The translations under genes and the position numbers were made by a program. 64,000 nt of DNA from Candidatus Firestoneibacteriota bacterium. GTDB lineage: Bacteria; Oederibacteriota; D2-FULL-39-29; JBBTED01. Of the stretch, positions 1-10,131 are shown piece by piece. Within the stretch, counting starts at the first letter, position 1. Each line of letters starts with the position of its first letter. The notes under the pieces are model-generated. The model made no database searches. It saw only the letters and a list, made by a program, of their open reading frames with translations, and was not told the origin of the DNA. Location of the stretch: assembly GCA_038042445.1 (NCBI GenBank), contig JBBTED010000027.1, forward strand, positions 1 to 64,000. Reading direction: 5' to 3'.

Positions 1-33
1 TATTATTTTGCGTATAATGTGTAGTTATATCTA

Positions 34-795
34 TCATTTATTTGGGTTTGGCCCAAGAAAATTTTCTATCGCTGATTGAAGTTCATCTATGTTTACGCTG
101 GTATTAAAACAAGGTCCATAAGCTCTAATATTTACTATACCAAACACAGGTATTATACCTGAATCGTAAATTCCGCTTAGCAACTCACGTTCACAAGCTA
201 CTGCTACAACCGCTTTTGGAGCAAAGTCGTGAAGTAATTTTCTAGCAAGTGTTCCACCTGTAGCAATATTCATTTTTATTCCATATTTTTTCCCAAATTT
301 CACAATTTCTGAAATTTGACATTTGCCACAGAAATGACAATTTTCAATATTTATTGTAACTTTATGAATACATTCACTGTTTTGTATACATCGTGGAAGC
401 AAAAGTAATATTTCCTCGGGCAAAACACGTATATGCTGAAGTTTTATCAAAGAAGCATTAAATTCGAAAAAAGCCGCTTCTATTTTTTCACGTTTAATGT
501 TAAATACTTTTCCCCAGTAAAATGCAAATAAATTTAGAATTTTTAATGTTATTTTTTTTAGCTTCTCCAATTCTTTGGTATAAACAGCAAATACAGGAAT
601 ATACAAAGATAGTATCATTGAAAAAAGTGAAAAACCTATAACCGCTAAAAAAATAATAACTGCACCTAATACAACCCATGGAAGCAAATAAAAAATATGG
701 CTAAGACCTGGAAACATTATTTTAAATATAACAAGGGTTATTAACAAAACAGTAATATAGGCAAGTATTAAAAGTTTAACAAAGGTATTTTTCAT
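34..795 (-). CDS. DUF116 family membrane protein
   Basis: N-terminal TM helices; LLLPRC, CxxCGKC, TGGTLAR, AVACERELxxG and GPCxNT motifs. Confidence 0.75.
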   Translation of the reverse strand: MKNTFVKLLILAYITVLLITLVIFKIMFPGLSHIFYLLPWVVLGAVIIFLAVIGFSLFSMILSLYIPVFAVYTKELEKLKKITLKILNLFAFYWGKVFNIKREKIEAAFFEFNASLIKLQHIRVLPEEILLLLPRCIQNSECIHKVTINIENCHFCGKCQISEIVKFGKKYGIKMNIATGGTLARKLLHDFAPKAVVAVACERELLSGIYDSGIIPVFGIVNIRAYGPCFNTSVNIDELQSAIENFLGPNPNK

Positions 796-806
796 TTTGA
801 TTAGGC

Positions 807-2516
807 TTAAATAGAACTTATCAATTCTTTTATTTTTGGCACAATTTCTTCTTTTGATATTTTATATACTTCTTTGCTTTTTCTCACATACAATTCAACT
901 TTGCCTTCTTTTAAAGTTTTTGAACCTATTGTAATTCTTAAAGGTATGCCTATAAGATCTGCATCTTTTAGTTTTACACCAGCAGTTTCATCACGGTCAT
1001 CAAACAATATATCAAATTTTTCCTTAGATAAAATATTGTAGATTGTATCCGCAGTAGTTTTTATTTCATCGTCTTTAACATTCAGAGGTGTAATTAATAT
1101 CTGATACGGTGCAATTGATACAGGCCAGATAATTCCATTTTCATCATATTGTTGTTCAATAGACGCAGCTATTATTCGTGTAACACCAATACCATAACAA
1201 CCCATTACCATTATTTGATCTTTTCCCTGTTCATCTAAATATGTAGCATTTAATGCCTTACTGTATTTTGTCCCAAGTTTAAAAACATGGCCAACTTCTA
1301 TACCTCTTGTGAATACAAGCTTTTCACCACACAAATCACACAAATCACTTTCTTTAACAAGACGAATATCTCCAATTAAATCAATTTTGAAATCACGGTT
1401 TATGTTTACATTCATTAAATGTGTATCTGCTTCATTTGAACCTGTTATAAAATTAGACATATTTTTCACTGATTCATCAGCTATTATTTTTATATTTTTA
1501 AAACCTACAGGACCTGCAAAACCAATAGGTGCATTTGTAAGTTTTCTTATATCCTCTGCTTGGGCCATTGTTAATTCACAACAACCCAGAATATTTTTCA
1601 ATTTATTTATATTTATTTCATAATCTCCTCTTACTAATGCAGCAATATATTCTTTATCCGCTTTACAAATTATAGTCTTAACTAAATTTTTTGCGCTGCA
1701 ATTCAAAAATTTTGTTAATTCCTCTACTGTTTTAATATTCGGAGTATTGATTTTTTGTAAATTTTCTGTTTTGCCAGTTTTAGAAGTAACATCAGAATTT
1801 TTCCCGGATGCTTTTTCCAAATTAGCTGCATATTCACATTTACTACAGGAAACTATTACCTCCTCTCCTGAATCTGCCAACACCATAAATTCATGAGAAA
1901 ATGAACCGCCAATAGCACCTGTATCTGCTTCTACTGCTTTAAATTTTAAACCTAAACGTGAGAATATTTTGTAATATCCGTCATACATTTTTTTGTATGT
2001 CCTTTCTGCATTCGCTTCATCTCTATCAAAACTATATCCGTCTTTCATCATAAATTCTTTTGCACGCATTACTCCAAATCTTGGTCTTATTTCATCTCTG
2101 AATTTAATTTGTATCTGATACAAATTAATAGGAAGTTTTTTATACGTTTTTATTTCTTTTCGGACTAAATCAGTAATTATCTCTTCATGGGTTGGACCTA
2201 ACGCAAATTCACGGTTTTGCCTGTCTTTTATTCTAATAAGTTCTTTGCCATATACATCCCATCTTCCGCTTTCTTTCCACAATTCAGAAGGACTTAAAAT
2301 AGGAAGCAAAAGCTCACTCGCACCAGCATATTCCATTTCTTCACGAATGATTTTTTCTATTTTTTGCAGAATTTTAAATCCTAAAGGCAGTAATGAATAT
2401 ATACCAGAAGATAATTTTCTGATTATTCCCGCGCGCACCATTAATTTATGGCTTATAAGTTCTGCATCTGCAGGATTTTCTTTTAAAGTCGGAATTAAAG
2501 TTTGGCTCCATTTCAT
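807..2516 (-). CDS. proS: proline--tRNA ligase (bacterial type, with editing domain)
   Basis: LGPTHEE, FRDEIRPRFG, GIEVGHVFKLG and MGCYGIG motifs; 569 aa. Confidence 0.97.
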   Translation of the reverse strand: MKWSQTLIPTLKENPADAELISHKLMVRAGIIRKLSSGIYSLLPLGFKILQKIEKIIREEMEYAGASELLLPILSPSELWKESGRWDVYGKELIRIKDRQNREFALGPTHEEIITDLVRKEIKTYKKLPINLYQIQIKFRDEIRPRFGVMRAKEFMMKDGYSFDRDEANAERTYKKMYDGYYKIFSRLGLKFKAVEADTGAIGGSFSHEFMVLADSGEEVIVSCSKCEYAANLEKASGKNSDVTSKTGKTENLQKINTPNIKTVEELTKFLNCSAKNLVKTIICKADKEYIAALVRGDYEININKLKNILGCCELTMAQAEDIRKLTNAPIGFAGPVGFKNIKIIADESVKNMSNFITGSNEADTHLMNVNINRDFKIDLIGDIRLVKESDLCDLCGEKLVFTRGIEVGHVFKLGTKYSKALNATYLDEQGKDQIMVMGCYGIGVTRIIAASIEQQYDENGIIWPVSIAPYQILITPLNVKDDEIKTTADTIYNILSKEKFDILFDDRDETAGVKLKDADLIGIPLRITIGSKTLKEGKVELYVRKSKEVYKISKEEIVPKIKELISSI

Positions 2517-2597
2517 AATAAATTAAAAACTTTAAATTAAAAGCGAAAAATCATAACTAAAAATTTAAAACCTACATTAGTTCTACGTTTTTCGTTT

Positions 2598-2924
2598 TTA
2601 GCTTTGCGTTATTATTATTTCGTCTATCTGTTTAATAATATCTTCTTTAGATTGCATACCACTAATTCTTTTCACAATTTGACCGTTTTTAAATATTATT
2701 ATAGTAGGCACACTTAACACATCATTTGCAATTGCATATTTTTGGTTTTTACTTGCATCTAAAACTCCTATTTTGACTTTTCCTTTATATGGCTCTTCAA
2801 GACTTTCTATAACATAGGCAAATTTTTTACACGTAGGACACCACTCTGTCTTAAACTCCACAAGTACAGGAATATCTGATTTCAAAACTTCTATTTCAAA
2901 ATTCTCATCCGTCCATTCCAACAT
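2598..2924 (-). CDS. trxA: thioredoxin
   Basis: 108 aa, WCPTC active site, SVPT cis-Pro loop. Confidence 0.85.
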   Translation of the reverse strand: MLEWTDENFEIEVLKSDIPVLVEFKTEWCPTCKKFAYVIESLEEPYKGKVKIGVLDASKNQKYAIANDVLSVPTIIIFKNGQIVKRISGMQSKEDIIKQIDEIIITQS

Positions 2925-3035
2925 AAAACACCCCTCTATTTTAACAATTTAACTAATCTTACACCCTACAAATTTAATATGTCAATTTAAATTTACGTGG
3001 AGTTTTTCCCATTTTAAAAATTCACCTGTTGTTTT

Positions 3036-3114
3036 GTCATTCTGAGGCAATAGCCGAAGAATCTATCTTTTAATATACTTTTAAAACAAGATTCTTCACT
3101 TCGTTCAGAATGAC
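3036..3114. repeat. GTCAT...ATGAC palindromic repeat (family A)
   Basis: GTCATTCTGA...GAAGAATCT / AGATTCTTC...TCAGAATGAC; related copies at about 5692, 21270, 30275, 36492, 52521 and 56122. Confidence 0.85.
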
Positions 3115-3242
3115 ATAAAAATAACATAGTATTTTATCAATTTCTACTTTTTATTTTTACTTGATTTTAAAGGAGTTACATCATTTCATAATTAAATTTT
3201 GGAGGGACTCCTTAAATTTATAGGATTATAAAATAAAAGATT

Positions 3243-3271
3243 TTGACAAAGGCATACAATTTTAGTATTAT
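3243..3271 (+). promoter_or_regulatory. sigma70 promoter
   Basis: TTGACA-N17-TATTAT just upstream of the 3287 ATG. Confidence 0.6.
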
Positions 3272-3286
3272 TCTATATAATAAATT

Positions 3287-4894
3287 ATGAACGAAGGAAA
3301 AGCTAAAATATTAGTTGTTGATGATGAGCAAGGAATACGAGATTTATTGGCTTTTGAATTTAAATCTCAAGGATATTCTGTTGCAACAGCTTCCAATGGT
3401 GAAGAAGCTATTGAAAAAATACAACAAGAGAAATTTGATATTGTTATAAGTGATATTAAAATGCCTAAAAAAGATGGGATAGAAACTTTAGAAGCAATCA
3501 AGAATATAAGCCCTGATACAGAAGTTATTATGGCAACTGGATATGGAACTATAGAAACAGCAGTATCTGCTATGAAAAAAGGCGCTTATGACTTCATACA
3601 AAAGCCATTTGATATTGAAGAAGTTTTGATGTTAGTAGAAAAAGCGATTGAGAAACAAGAACTTAAAGTTATAATTGCTTTATATGAAACAAGTAAAGCT
3701 ATTTTTTCTACAATAAAATTTGAGGATTTATTAGAAATAACAGTTAATTTAGCATTAAAAGTATTGCACGCAGATGATATTTCAATTATGCTCATAGGAG
3801 ATGACGGAAAACTATATATTGCTGTTTCACGAGGTTTAAATAGCGATGTTAAAATTAAAACAAGATTAGCAATAGGTGAAAGAATATCAGGAAAAGTTGC
3901 ACAGTTGAAAGAACCTGTAATTATAAATGGAACGCTTTCAAATGACCCTCGTTTTAAAGATTTAGAACCTAAAGAAGGCATCAATTCATCACTTATACTC
4001 CCATTAATAGCTAATACAGAATTAGTAGGTGTATTAAATGCAACTCGAACTAATATTACAGAAAATTTCAGGCAAACGGATTTAAGAAATGGTTTAATTT
4101 TTTCTTCTCAACTCGCACAAGCCATACTTAACTCAACATTATATAAAAAATTAGAACAAAAAATTGCAGAATTAAAAGAAGCTTCTGAACATATTGAACA
4201 AAATCAGGTAGAACTTATTCATTCTGAGAAATTAGCGGCAATTGGAAGATTAATAGCAGGTGTAGCTCATGAATTAAATAGTCCATTAACCTCTGTAATA
4301 GGATATTCACAACTGATGTTAAATGCAAAAGTTTTACCTGAAGAACTAATAAAAGATATACAAATAATTCACAATGAAGCCAAACGATGTCGTGGAATAG
4401 TGCAGGATTTATTATTATTCTCACGTAAACGCGAACCAAAATGCGAACTAATAGATATAAATAAACCATTAGAAAATATGTTGGAATTAATTAAATATGA
4501 TTTTGAAAAAGCAGGTATTACTCTTGTTAAAGAATTGGATGTAAATTTACCCAAATTATACATAGATCCTCATCAAACAGAACAAGTATTTCTAAATCTG
4601 GCTAATAATGCACTGGATGCATTGAAGAATATTACAAATCCTAAATTGATTATAAAAACAGAATTGTCTTCCAATAAAGTTAATATACATTTCACAGATA
4701 ATGGTTGTGGGATTTCAGAAGAAAACCTCAAAAAAATATTTGAGCCGTTTTTTACTACTAAGAAATCAAGTAAAAGCAGTGGTTTAGGCTTAAGTATTTC
4801 ACATGGCATTATTAACAATCACAAAGGACGCCTTCTGGTTACAAGCAAAGAAATGAAAGGTTCCACTTTTACAATTGAACTACCAATAGAATAG
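3287..4894 (+). CDS. cytoplasmic hybrid kinase REC-GAF-HisKA-HATPase
   Basis: N-terminal receiver (VVDDE, D..MP, KPF), GAF-like middle, AHELNSP H-box, N/G boxes. Confidence 0.9.
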   Translation: MNEGKAKILVVDDEQGIRDLLAFEFKSQGYSVATASNGEEAIEKIQQEKFDIVISDIKMPKKDGIETLEAIKNISPDTEVIMATGYGTIETAVSAMKKGAYDFIQKPFDIEEVLMLVEKAIEKQELKVIIALYETSKAIFSTIKFEDLLEITVNLALKVLHADDISIMLIGDDGKLYIAVSRGLNSDVKIKTRLAIGERISGKVAQLKEPVIINGTLSNDPRFKDLEPKEGINSSLILPLIANTELVGVLNATRTNITENFRQTDLRNGLIFSSQLAQAILNSTLYKKLEQKIAELKEASEHIEQNQVELIHSEKLAAIGRLIAGVAHELNSPLTSVIGYSQLMLNAKVLPEELIKDIQIIHNEAKRCRGIVQDLLLFSRKREPKCELIDINKPLENMLELIKYDFEKAGITLVKELDVNLPKLYIDPHQTEQVFLNLANNALDALKNITNPKLIIKTELSSNKVNIHFTDNGCGISEENLKKIFEPFFTTKKSSKSSGLGLSISHGIINNHKGRLLVTSKEMKGSTFTIELPIE

Positions 4895-4938
4895 ACTAAA
4901 AACAAACTATAGATTTTTTAGTCTGAAGTCTAACGTAT

Positions 4939-5646
4939 ATGGATAATTTGTTAAAAAATCTTGCCCAATATTTACATACTGCGCCATTTTTGGCTTATGT
5001 AGCTGTTTTTATCGGTGGAATTATTTCCAGTCTTGAACCCTGTATTTATACAATGATTCCCATAACTGTAGGTTTTATAGGGCGATACAGCCAAGGTTCA
5101 AAATTAAAAAGCTTTATATTATCAATAATTTATGTTCTTGGAATAGCTGTAACTTATTCTGCATTAGGAGCAATTGCTGCATTAACAGGCAGTTTTTTTG
5201 GAGAAATAAGTTCCAACCCCATTGTATATTTTATACTTGGAAATGTCTGCTTGATTTTAGGGCTTTCTATGTTTGATGTATGGACAATAAAACTACCATC
5301 TTTTATTTCTAACATCCAACCTCGTGTTATAGGAAAAGGATTTATTTCAATTTTTCTTTTAGGAGTTTTATCAGGATTTGTTGCAGGTCCTTGCACAGCA
5401 GCAATTGTTGGTGTAATTCTTGCATTTGTTGCCACAAAACAAAATTTAGTATTTGGAGTTTCTTTATTATTTACCTATTCCATTGGAATGGGAATACTTC
5501 TAATAATTATTGGAACATTTACAGGTGTATTAATGTCTTTACCTAAAGCAGGACAATGGATGAATAAAATCAGAAAAGGTATGGGTTGGTTTTTACTTGC
5601 AATTGCCCAATATATGTTTTATATTATGGGCAAAATGTCTGTTTAA
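4939..5646 (+). CDS. ccdA: CcdA/DsbD-type transmembrane disulfide reductant
   Basis: about 6 TM helices with two PC motifs (EPCIY, GPCTA). Confidence 0.85.
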   Translation: MDNLLKNLAQYLHTAPFLAYVAVFIGGIISSLEPCIYTMIPITVGFIGRYSQGSKLKSFILSIIYVLGIAVTYSALGAIAALTGSFFGEISSNPIVYFILGNVCLILGLSMFDVWTIKLPSFISNIQPRVIGKGFISIFLLGVLSGFVAGPCTAAIVGVILAFVATKQNLVFGVSLLFTYSIGMGILLIIIGTFTGVLMSLPKAGQWMNKIRKGMGWFLLAIAQYMFYIMGKMSV

Positions 5647-5667
5647 AACTAAAAAAGCAGAGCTAAC

Positions 5668-5787
5668 GAGCCTGTACCAAAACCCTATTTTGTCATCCTG
5701 AACGAAGTGAAGGATCTTGTTTTTAAAAGACTTTAAAACGAGATTCTTCGGCTATCGCCTCAGAATGACAGCTTTTGGCACAAGCTC
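5668..5787. mobile_element. MITE type 1, copy 1
   Basis: TIRs GAGCCTGTACCAAAA / TTTTGGCACAAGCTC; 4-bp TSD TAAC (5664-5667, 5788-5791); carries a family A palindrome. Confidence 0.85.
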
Positions 5788-5836
5788 TAACGCTCTGCAG
5801 CTACAATAATAAATAAAACATAGGAGGTAAAACAAA

Positions 5837-6316
5837 ATGAAAAAAATATTAGTGTTGATTTTCGTTGTATTTTTTGCAGTAAATATTCTTTATGCCCAAG
5901 TAAATGTTGGAGATAAAGCTTTAGATTTTACTCTTACAGATTTGGATGGAAAACAAGTATCATTAAAGAATTTTACAAATAAAAGTGCTGTTCTTCTGGT
6001 TTTTAGTACTACATGGTGCAAATATTGTATTGAAGAAATACCAACATTGAATGAAATACAAAAAAATTATCAAAAAAAAGGGTTAAAAATTCTATCAATA
6101 GATGTAAATGAAAGTATTAAAAAAGTCGCATCATTTACTCAAAAGAAAAACATCATCTACACCGTATTACTTGATGAAAAAGGTGAAGTGGCAAAATTGT
6201 ATGATGTTTACGGATTTCCAACAAATTTAATAATTGATAAAAAAGGAATAATAAAATACAGAGATTATTCTTTACCTGAAAACTATAAATCCATACTCGA
6301 TCAAATTACTAAGTAG
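5837..6316 (+). CDS. TlpA/ResA-like exported thiol-disulfide oxidoreductase
   Basis: signal peptide, WCKYC, GFPT motif; follows ccdA. Confidence 0.85.
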   Translation: MKKILVLIFVVFFAVNILYAQVNVGDKALDFTLTDLDGKQVSLKNFTNKSAVLLVFSTTWCKYCIEEIPTLNEIQKNYQKKGLKILSIDVNESIKKVASFTQKKNIIYTVLLDEKGEVAKLYDVYGFPTNLIIDKKGIIKYRDYSLPENYKSILDQITK

Positions 6317-6363
6317 GGGCGAGTTTACTCGCCCAATAAATGGGCAGGTAAACCTGCCCCTAC
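6313..6363. repeat. GTAG...CTAC REP-like doublet between convergent genes (possible terminator)
   Basis: GTAGGGGCGAGTTTACTCGCCC...GGGCAGGTAAACCTGCCCCTAC. Confidence 0.8.
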
Positions 6364-6381
6364 ATATATTTTTCCGCCAAA

Positions 6382-6762
6382 CTACAATAAATTATTTATT
6401 TCCTTTAAGAGATTTCCTAAATCAACTGGTTTTTCCAGAACTTTTGCAACAGGAAGCCAGTCCTTATCAGGATTAAATCCAAATGATAAATCCATTTCTC
6501 TGCTAATACCAGTTATCATAATTACAGGTATCTTTTTCAATTTATCGTTATTAGAAATTTCATTACTTACATCAAAGCCTTCTGACCTCGTTGTCATCAT
6601 TACATCTAAAAGAACAAGATTAGGTGATTCATTTTTCATTTTATTCAATCCATCTTTTCCATTTTGAGAAGTTATTACTTCAAATCCTTTAGCTTCAAGA
6701 AAAATTTTTGTAGCTTCTACAAAATCAACATCATCATCTATTATTAATACTTTTTTTGCCAT
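6382..6762 (-). CDS. single-domain response regulator
   Basis: IIDDD, LDVMM and EKP receiver motifs; no output domain. Confidence 0.9.
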   Translation of the reverse strand: MAKKVLIIDDDVDFVEATKIFLEAKGFEVITSQNGKDGLNKMKNESPNLVLLDVMMTTRSEGFDVSNEISNNDKLKKIPVIMITGISREMDLSFGFNPDKDWLPVAKVLEKPVDLGNLLKEINNLL

Positions 6763-6771
6763 ATATCCCCC

Positions 6772-7233
6772 TTACTGTTTTAATTCAGGTAATACTAATT
6801 TTATAACTTGCTTGCAAATATCAGGAATTTTTTCCTGCAACTCTTCGCTAATTTCCAAACCAAATTCTATACTATATGGTTCTATTCCAACTATTTTAAC
6901 ATTCTTAATCTTTTTTAAACTACCAGCCAATCTTAAAGTTTCTTTTAATCCTATACTATGTGTAGAAACAGCATCTTTAAAACCATTCGAATTTATATCT
7001 TTAGGTGTAAAAATTTTAACTGTGCCGGGAGAAACTCCCATTTTTGCTGCATCTACAATAACTACACGATTATATTCAAAATATTTTATCAAATCAAGAC
7101 CGGCAATATCTCCTTGTATCCATTTCACATAAGAAGGAATGCCTATAGCTTCAAGAAATTCTATTACCCGAATACCTATTCCATCATCTTGGCGAAGTAT
7201 ATTCCCAATCCCAATGACTGCTGTAGTTTGCAT
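6772..7233 (-). CDS. hydrogenase maturation protease
   Basis: GIGNILRQDDGIG, VDAA and STH motifs. Confidence 0.92.
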   Translation of the reverse strand: MQTTAVIGIGNILRQDDGIGIRVIEFLEAIGIPSYVKWIQGDIAGLDLIKYFEYNRVVIVDAAKMGVSPGTVKIFTPKDINSNGFKDAVSTHSIGLKETLRLAGSLKKIKNVKIVGIEPYSIEFGLEISEELQEKIPDICKQVIKLVLPELKQ

Positions 7234-8574
7234 TTAATCTACAAACTCCACATCCAATAAATGGCAAGAGCAAGAAATACAAGGGTCATAAGCACGTACT
7301 AACATTTCTGCCTGTAAAGTTATTTCTTCTTTAGTCTTATGCAATATCTCAGGCACCATTTTTTGCAAATCCATATCAATATTTGCTAAATTCTGATTTG
7401 TAGGAATAACACAATTTGCTTTCTCAATTATACCCTCTGCATTAACTGTATAATCATGAAAAAGTATTCCCCTTGGCACTTCAACTGCACCAACACCTCT
7501 ACCTGATTTAAACGTAAATTTATTTTTTTCTAAACTACTTGGCCAGCTTGCAACTGCTTCTGACTGGTCAATTCCATTTTTTAAAAATCCATCTATTATT
7601 TCTATAGCATCATATAGACAATACGCAGTTTCAATAACCTGTGCAATTGAATTCATAAATGGGTTATAACAGGGAGCTTTTAAACCTAAACTCTTTGCAA
7701 TATCTAGTAATTTTTCAGGTAATTTTTTGTGATTAATATTAAATCGTGCCAAAGCACCTGTCATATAAGAATTTCTCTTATTTTTTGAATGCTTTGAAGC
7801 ACTGTGTTCAACATTTAGCTCATGAACAAAACTAAGATAATCACGTGGTGCAATTTCTTTTGCATCTGTTGAAGCAATATTTCCATCTAAAAATGCATAT
7901 TCATCAGGATGTGTAAGCGCAATATATTCAGTTTCTCTTTCAAATTCAGGAAGTTTTATAAGTTTTACAACCCCCAAAACTATCGCTAAATCTTTTTCCA
8001 GTTCCCCAAGAAGTTCTCTTGATTTTTCAAGTTCTTTTTTGCCTGGGATTTTTGTAAATCCGCGAACTGCAAGTGTAATAGGATGCGTATGTCTACCCAT
8101 CAAAATATCACATAAATCACTGCATGCTTTTTTCATTTTCAATGCAAGCAAAATCACATCTTTATGTGTTTGAATCATAGGAAAAACACTTTCAGCACCA
8201 AAAACATCTGGCGTAACAAGAAACAAAACATGTAATAAATGACTATCCAATGTCTCATAGTGCAAAGCTAATTTTCTAAGTTTTCGTGTCTGAACACTTG
8301 GAGTAAAACCAATAGCATCTTCAGTTGCTTTTATAGAAGCTAAAGAATGTCCTGTGGAACAAATACCACAAATACGTGAAGTAATATGTTGAACTTCAAA
8401 CATTGAACGACCACGAACCATAGCTTCAAAAAAACGCGGTGCTTCTATAACATTTAAATAACAGGCTTCTAATTTGCCATCCTTCATATTTATTTTGATA
8501 TGTCCATGCCCTTCAACACGTGTTAAATATTCAACGAAAATATTAAGGTCTTTCTTTTTAACTTGTTCAGCCAT
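7234..8574 (-). CDS. hydA: group 3b [NiFe]-hydrogenase large (alpha) subunit
   Basis: TRVEGHG, RICGIC (L1), DPCISC (L2) plus a short cleavable tail. Confidence 0.93.
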   Translation of the reverse strand: MAEQVKKKDLNIFVEYLTRVEGHGHIKINMKDGKLEACYLNVIEAPRFFEAMVRGRSMFEVQHITSRICGICSTGHSLASIKATEDAIGFTPSVQTRKLRKLALHYETLDSHLLHVLFLVTPDVFGAESVFPMIQTHKDVILLALKMKKACSDLCDILMGRHTHPITLAVRGFTKIPGKKELEKSRELLGELEKDLAIVLGVVKLIKLPEFERETEYIALTHPDEYAFLDGNIASTDAKEIAPRDYLSFVHELNVEHSASKHSKNKRNSYMTGALARFNINHKKLPEKLLDIAKSLGLKAPCYNPFMNSIAQVIETAYCLYDAIEIIDGFLKNGIDQSEAVASWPSSLEKNKFTFKSGRGVGAVEVPRGILFHDYTVNAEGIIEKANCVIPTNQNLANIDMDLQKMVPEILHKTKEEITLQAEMLVRAYDPCISCSCHLLDVEFVD

Positions 8575-9313
8575 TTTTCTCCTCCATCTTACATGAATTG
8601 TAAAGAGTAAATTTATCTTTAAGCATATTTACAGTTACTCCATATTTTTTAAGAACATCCATTTGCCCCTGCTGATTAAAATCTTCTAAAACACCACGAC
8701 AACCATAACAGGTATTTCCATTTGATGTACACCATGCACCACAACCAGCTCTTGTAACCGGCCCCATACAAACCTGACCTTTTTCATACAAACAAATATT
8801 TTCTTTGAGCTTACATTCAACACACACAGCATAAGTAGGAACTTTATATGCTACACCAAGTAACAAACATTTCAAAACTTCTGCAAATTCATTGTTATTA
8901 GTTGGACAGCCATGCACATAAGCATCAACTTTAACAACCTGGTCAACTGCTTTCACTTCACCAGTTTCAATTGGAAATTCCCTATCTGGATATACAATTT
9001 TTTTTGCTTCATCAATTGTGTATTTACGCCTTATGCCATTAACTCCGCCAATTGCAGCACAAGCACCATACGCAACTAATATTTTTGCACGTTCACGTAT
9101 CTTTTTAATACGCTCCACATCATAAGGTCTGGTAATAGAACCTTCAACAATTGCTACATCGTAATCATCTGATCTTTCATGCATTACTTCGCGAAAATTA
9201 ACTATATCACAATGTTTCAAAACATCAAGTAACGCCTCATTCAAATAAGTCAATTGCAGTTGACATCCTTCACAATCTGCAAAATCAAAAAAGGCAACAC
9301 GCACTTTGCTCAT
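8567..9313 (-). CDS. hydD: group 3b hydrogenase small (delta) subunit
   Basis: CEGC, GACA, GCP and distal Cys motifs; no Tat signal. Confidence 0.92.
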   Translation of the reverse strand: MSKVRVAFFDFADCEGCQLQLTYLNEALLDVLKHCDIVNFREVMHERSDDYDVAIVEGSITRPYDVERIKKIRERAKILVAYGACAAIGGVNGIRRKYTIDEAKKIVYPDREFPIETGEVKAVDQVVKVDAYVHGCPTNNNEFAEVLKCLLLGVAYKVPTYAVCVECKLKENICLYEKGQVCMGPVTRAGCGAWCTSNGNTCYGCRGVLEDFNQQGQMDVLKKYGVTVNMLKDKFTLYNSCKMEEKNG

Positions 9314-10131
9314 ATTGCACCCTCCACTTTCTTAATTTTATCGTATGAAAAAACAGGCCCGTCCTGACAGCAATACAATCCATTAATCTGACAGTGGCCA
9401 CATTTACCTAAACCACATTTCATCTTACGTTCAAGTGATACTAAAATCTGTTTATCCGGAATATTTTTTTCCATCAATTTCACCAAAACAAATTTATACA
9501 TTATAGGTGGTCCACAAACTATAGCATAGGTCTGCTTAACATCTATATCTATTCCCGGAATTAAATTAGTAATTAATCCTACATTACCTTTCCAATCAGG
9601 ATCTGCTCTGTCTACAGTACACCTAAATGAAATACCTGTAAGTTTTTCCCATTTTTTAAGCTCGTCTGTATATAAAAGCTGTTTTGGCTCTTTACATCCA
9701 AGAAGAATATTTACTTTTCCAAAATCCTTTCTTTGGTCAATAACATAATTTATAAGTGACCTAAGTGGTGCAATTCCCAAACCACCAGCTATAAAAAGAA
9801 GATCTTTACCTTTTAATTCATCAATAGGAAAACCATGTCCAAATGGACCTCGAATTCCAAGATTATCCCCTTCTTTTAGTTTATGCAATGCAGCAGTTAT
9901 TTTTCCAGCTTGCCTTACACAAAGCTCAAAATAACCACGTTGAGTTGGAGAAGATGATATAGAAATAGGAGCTTCCCCTAATCCTAATAACGATACTTCT
10001 ACAAATTGACCGGGATTATGATTCAAATCTTTTTTGTTTTCCAATTCTATTTTAAACCATTTTTCTGTAGCAGTCATCTGCTTCGTAGCAACAATAGTTG
10101 CTTTTATTGGATTATAAAGTGAATTGTTCAT
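9310..10131 (-). CDS. hydG: group 3b hydrogenase gamma subunit (FAD/NAD(P), 2Fe-2S)
   Basis: RGPFG, GGLGIAP, CGPP and CGLGKCGHC motifs. Confidence 0.92.
   Translation of the reverse strand: MNNSLYNPIKATIVATKQMTATEKWFKIELENKKDLNHNPGQFVEVSLLGLGEAPISISSSPTQRGYFELCVRQAGKITAALHKLKEGDNLGIRGPFGHGFPIDELKGKDLLFIAGGLGIAPLRSLINYVIDQRKDFGKVNILLGCKEPKQLLYTDELKKWEKLTGISFRCTVDRADPDWKGNVGLITNLIPGIDIDVKQTYAIVCGPPIMYKFVLVKLMEKNIPDKQILVSLERKMKCGLGKCGHCQINGLYCCQDGPVFSYDKIKKVEGAI

Noticed and set aside
1309..2526. Antisense ORFs in the track (here and throughout the window)
   Set aside because: They are shadows of well-supported genes on the opposite strand and have no recognisable motifs.
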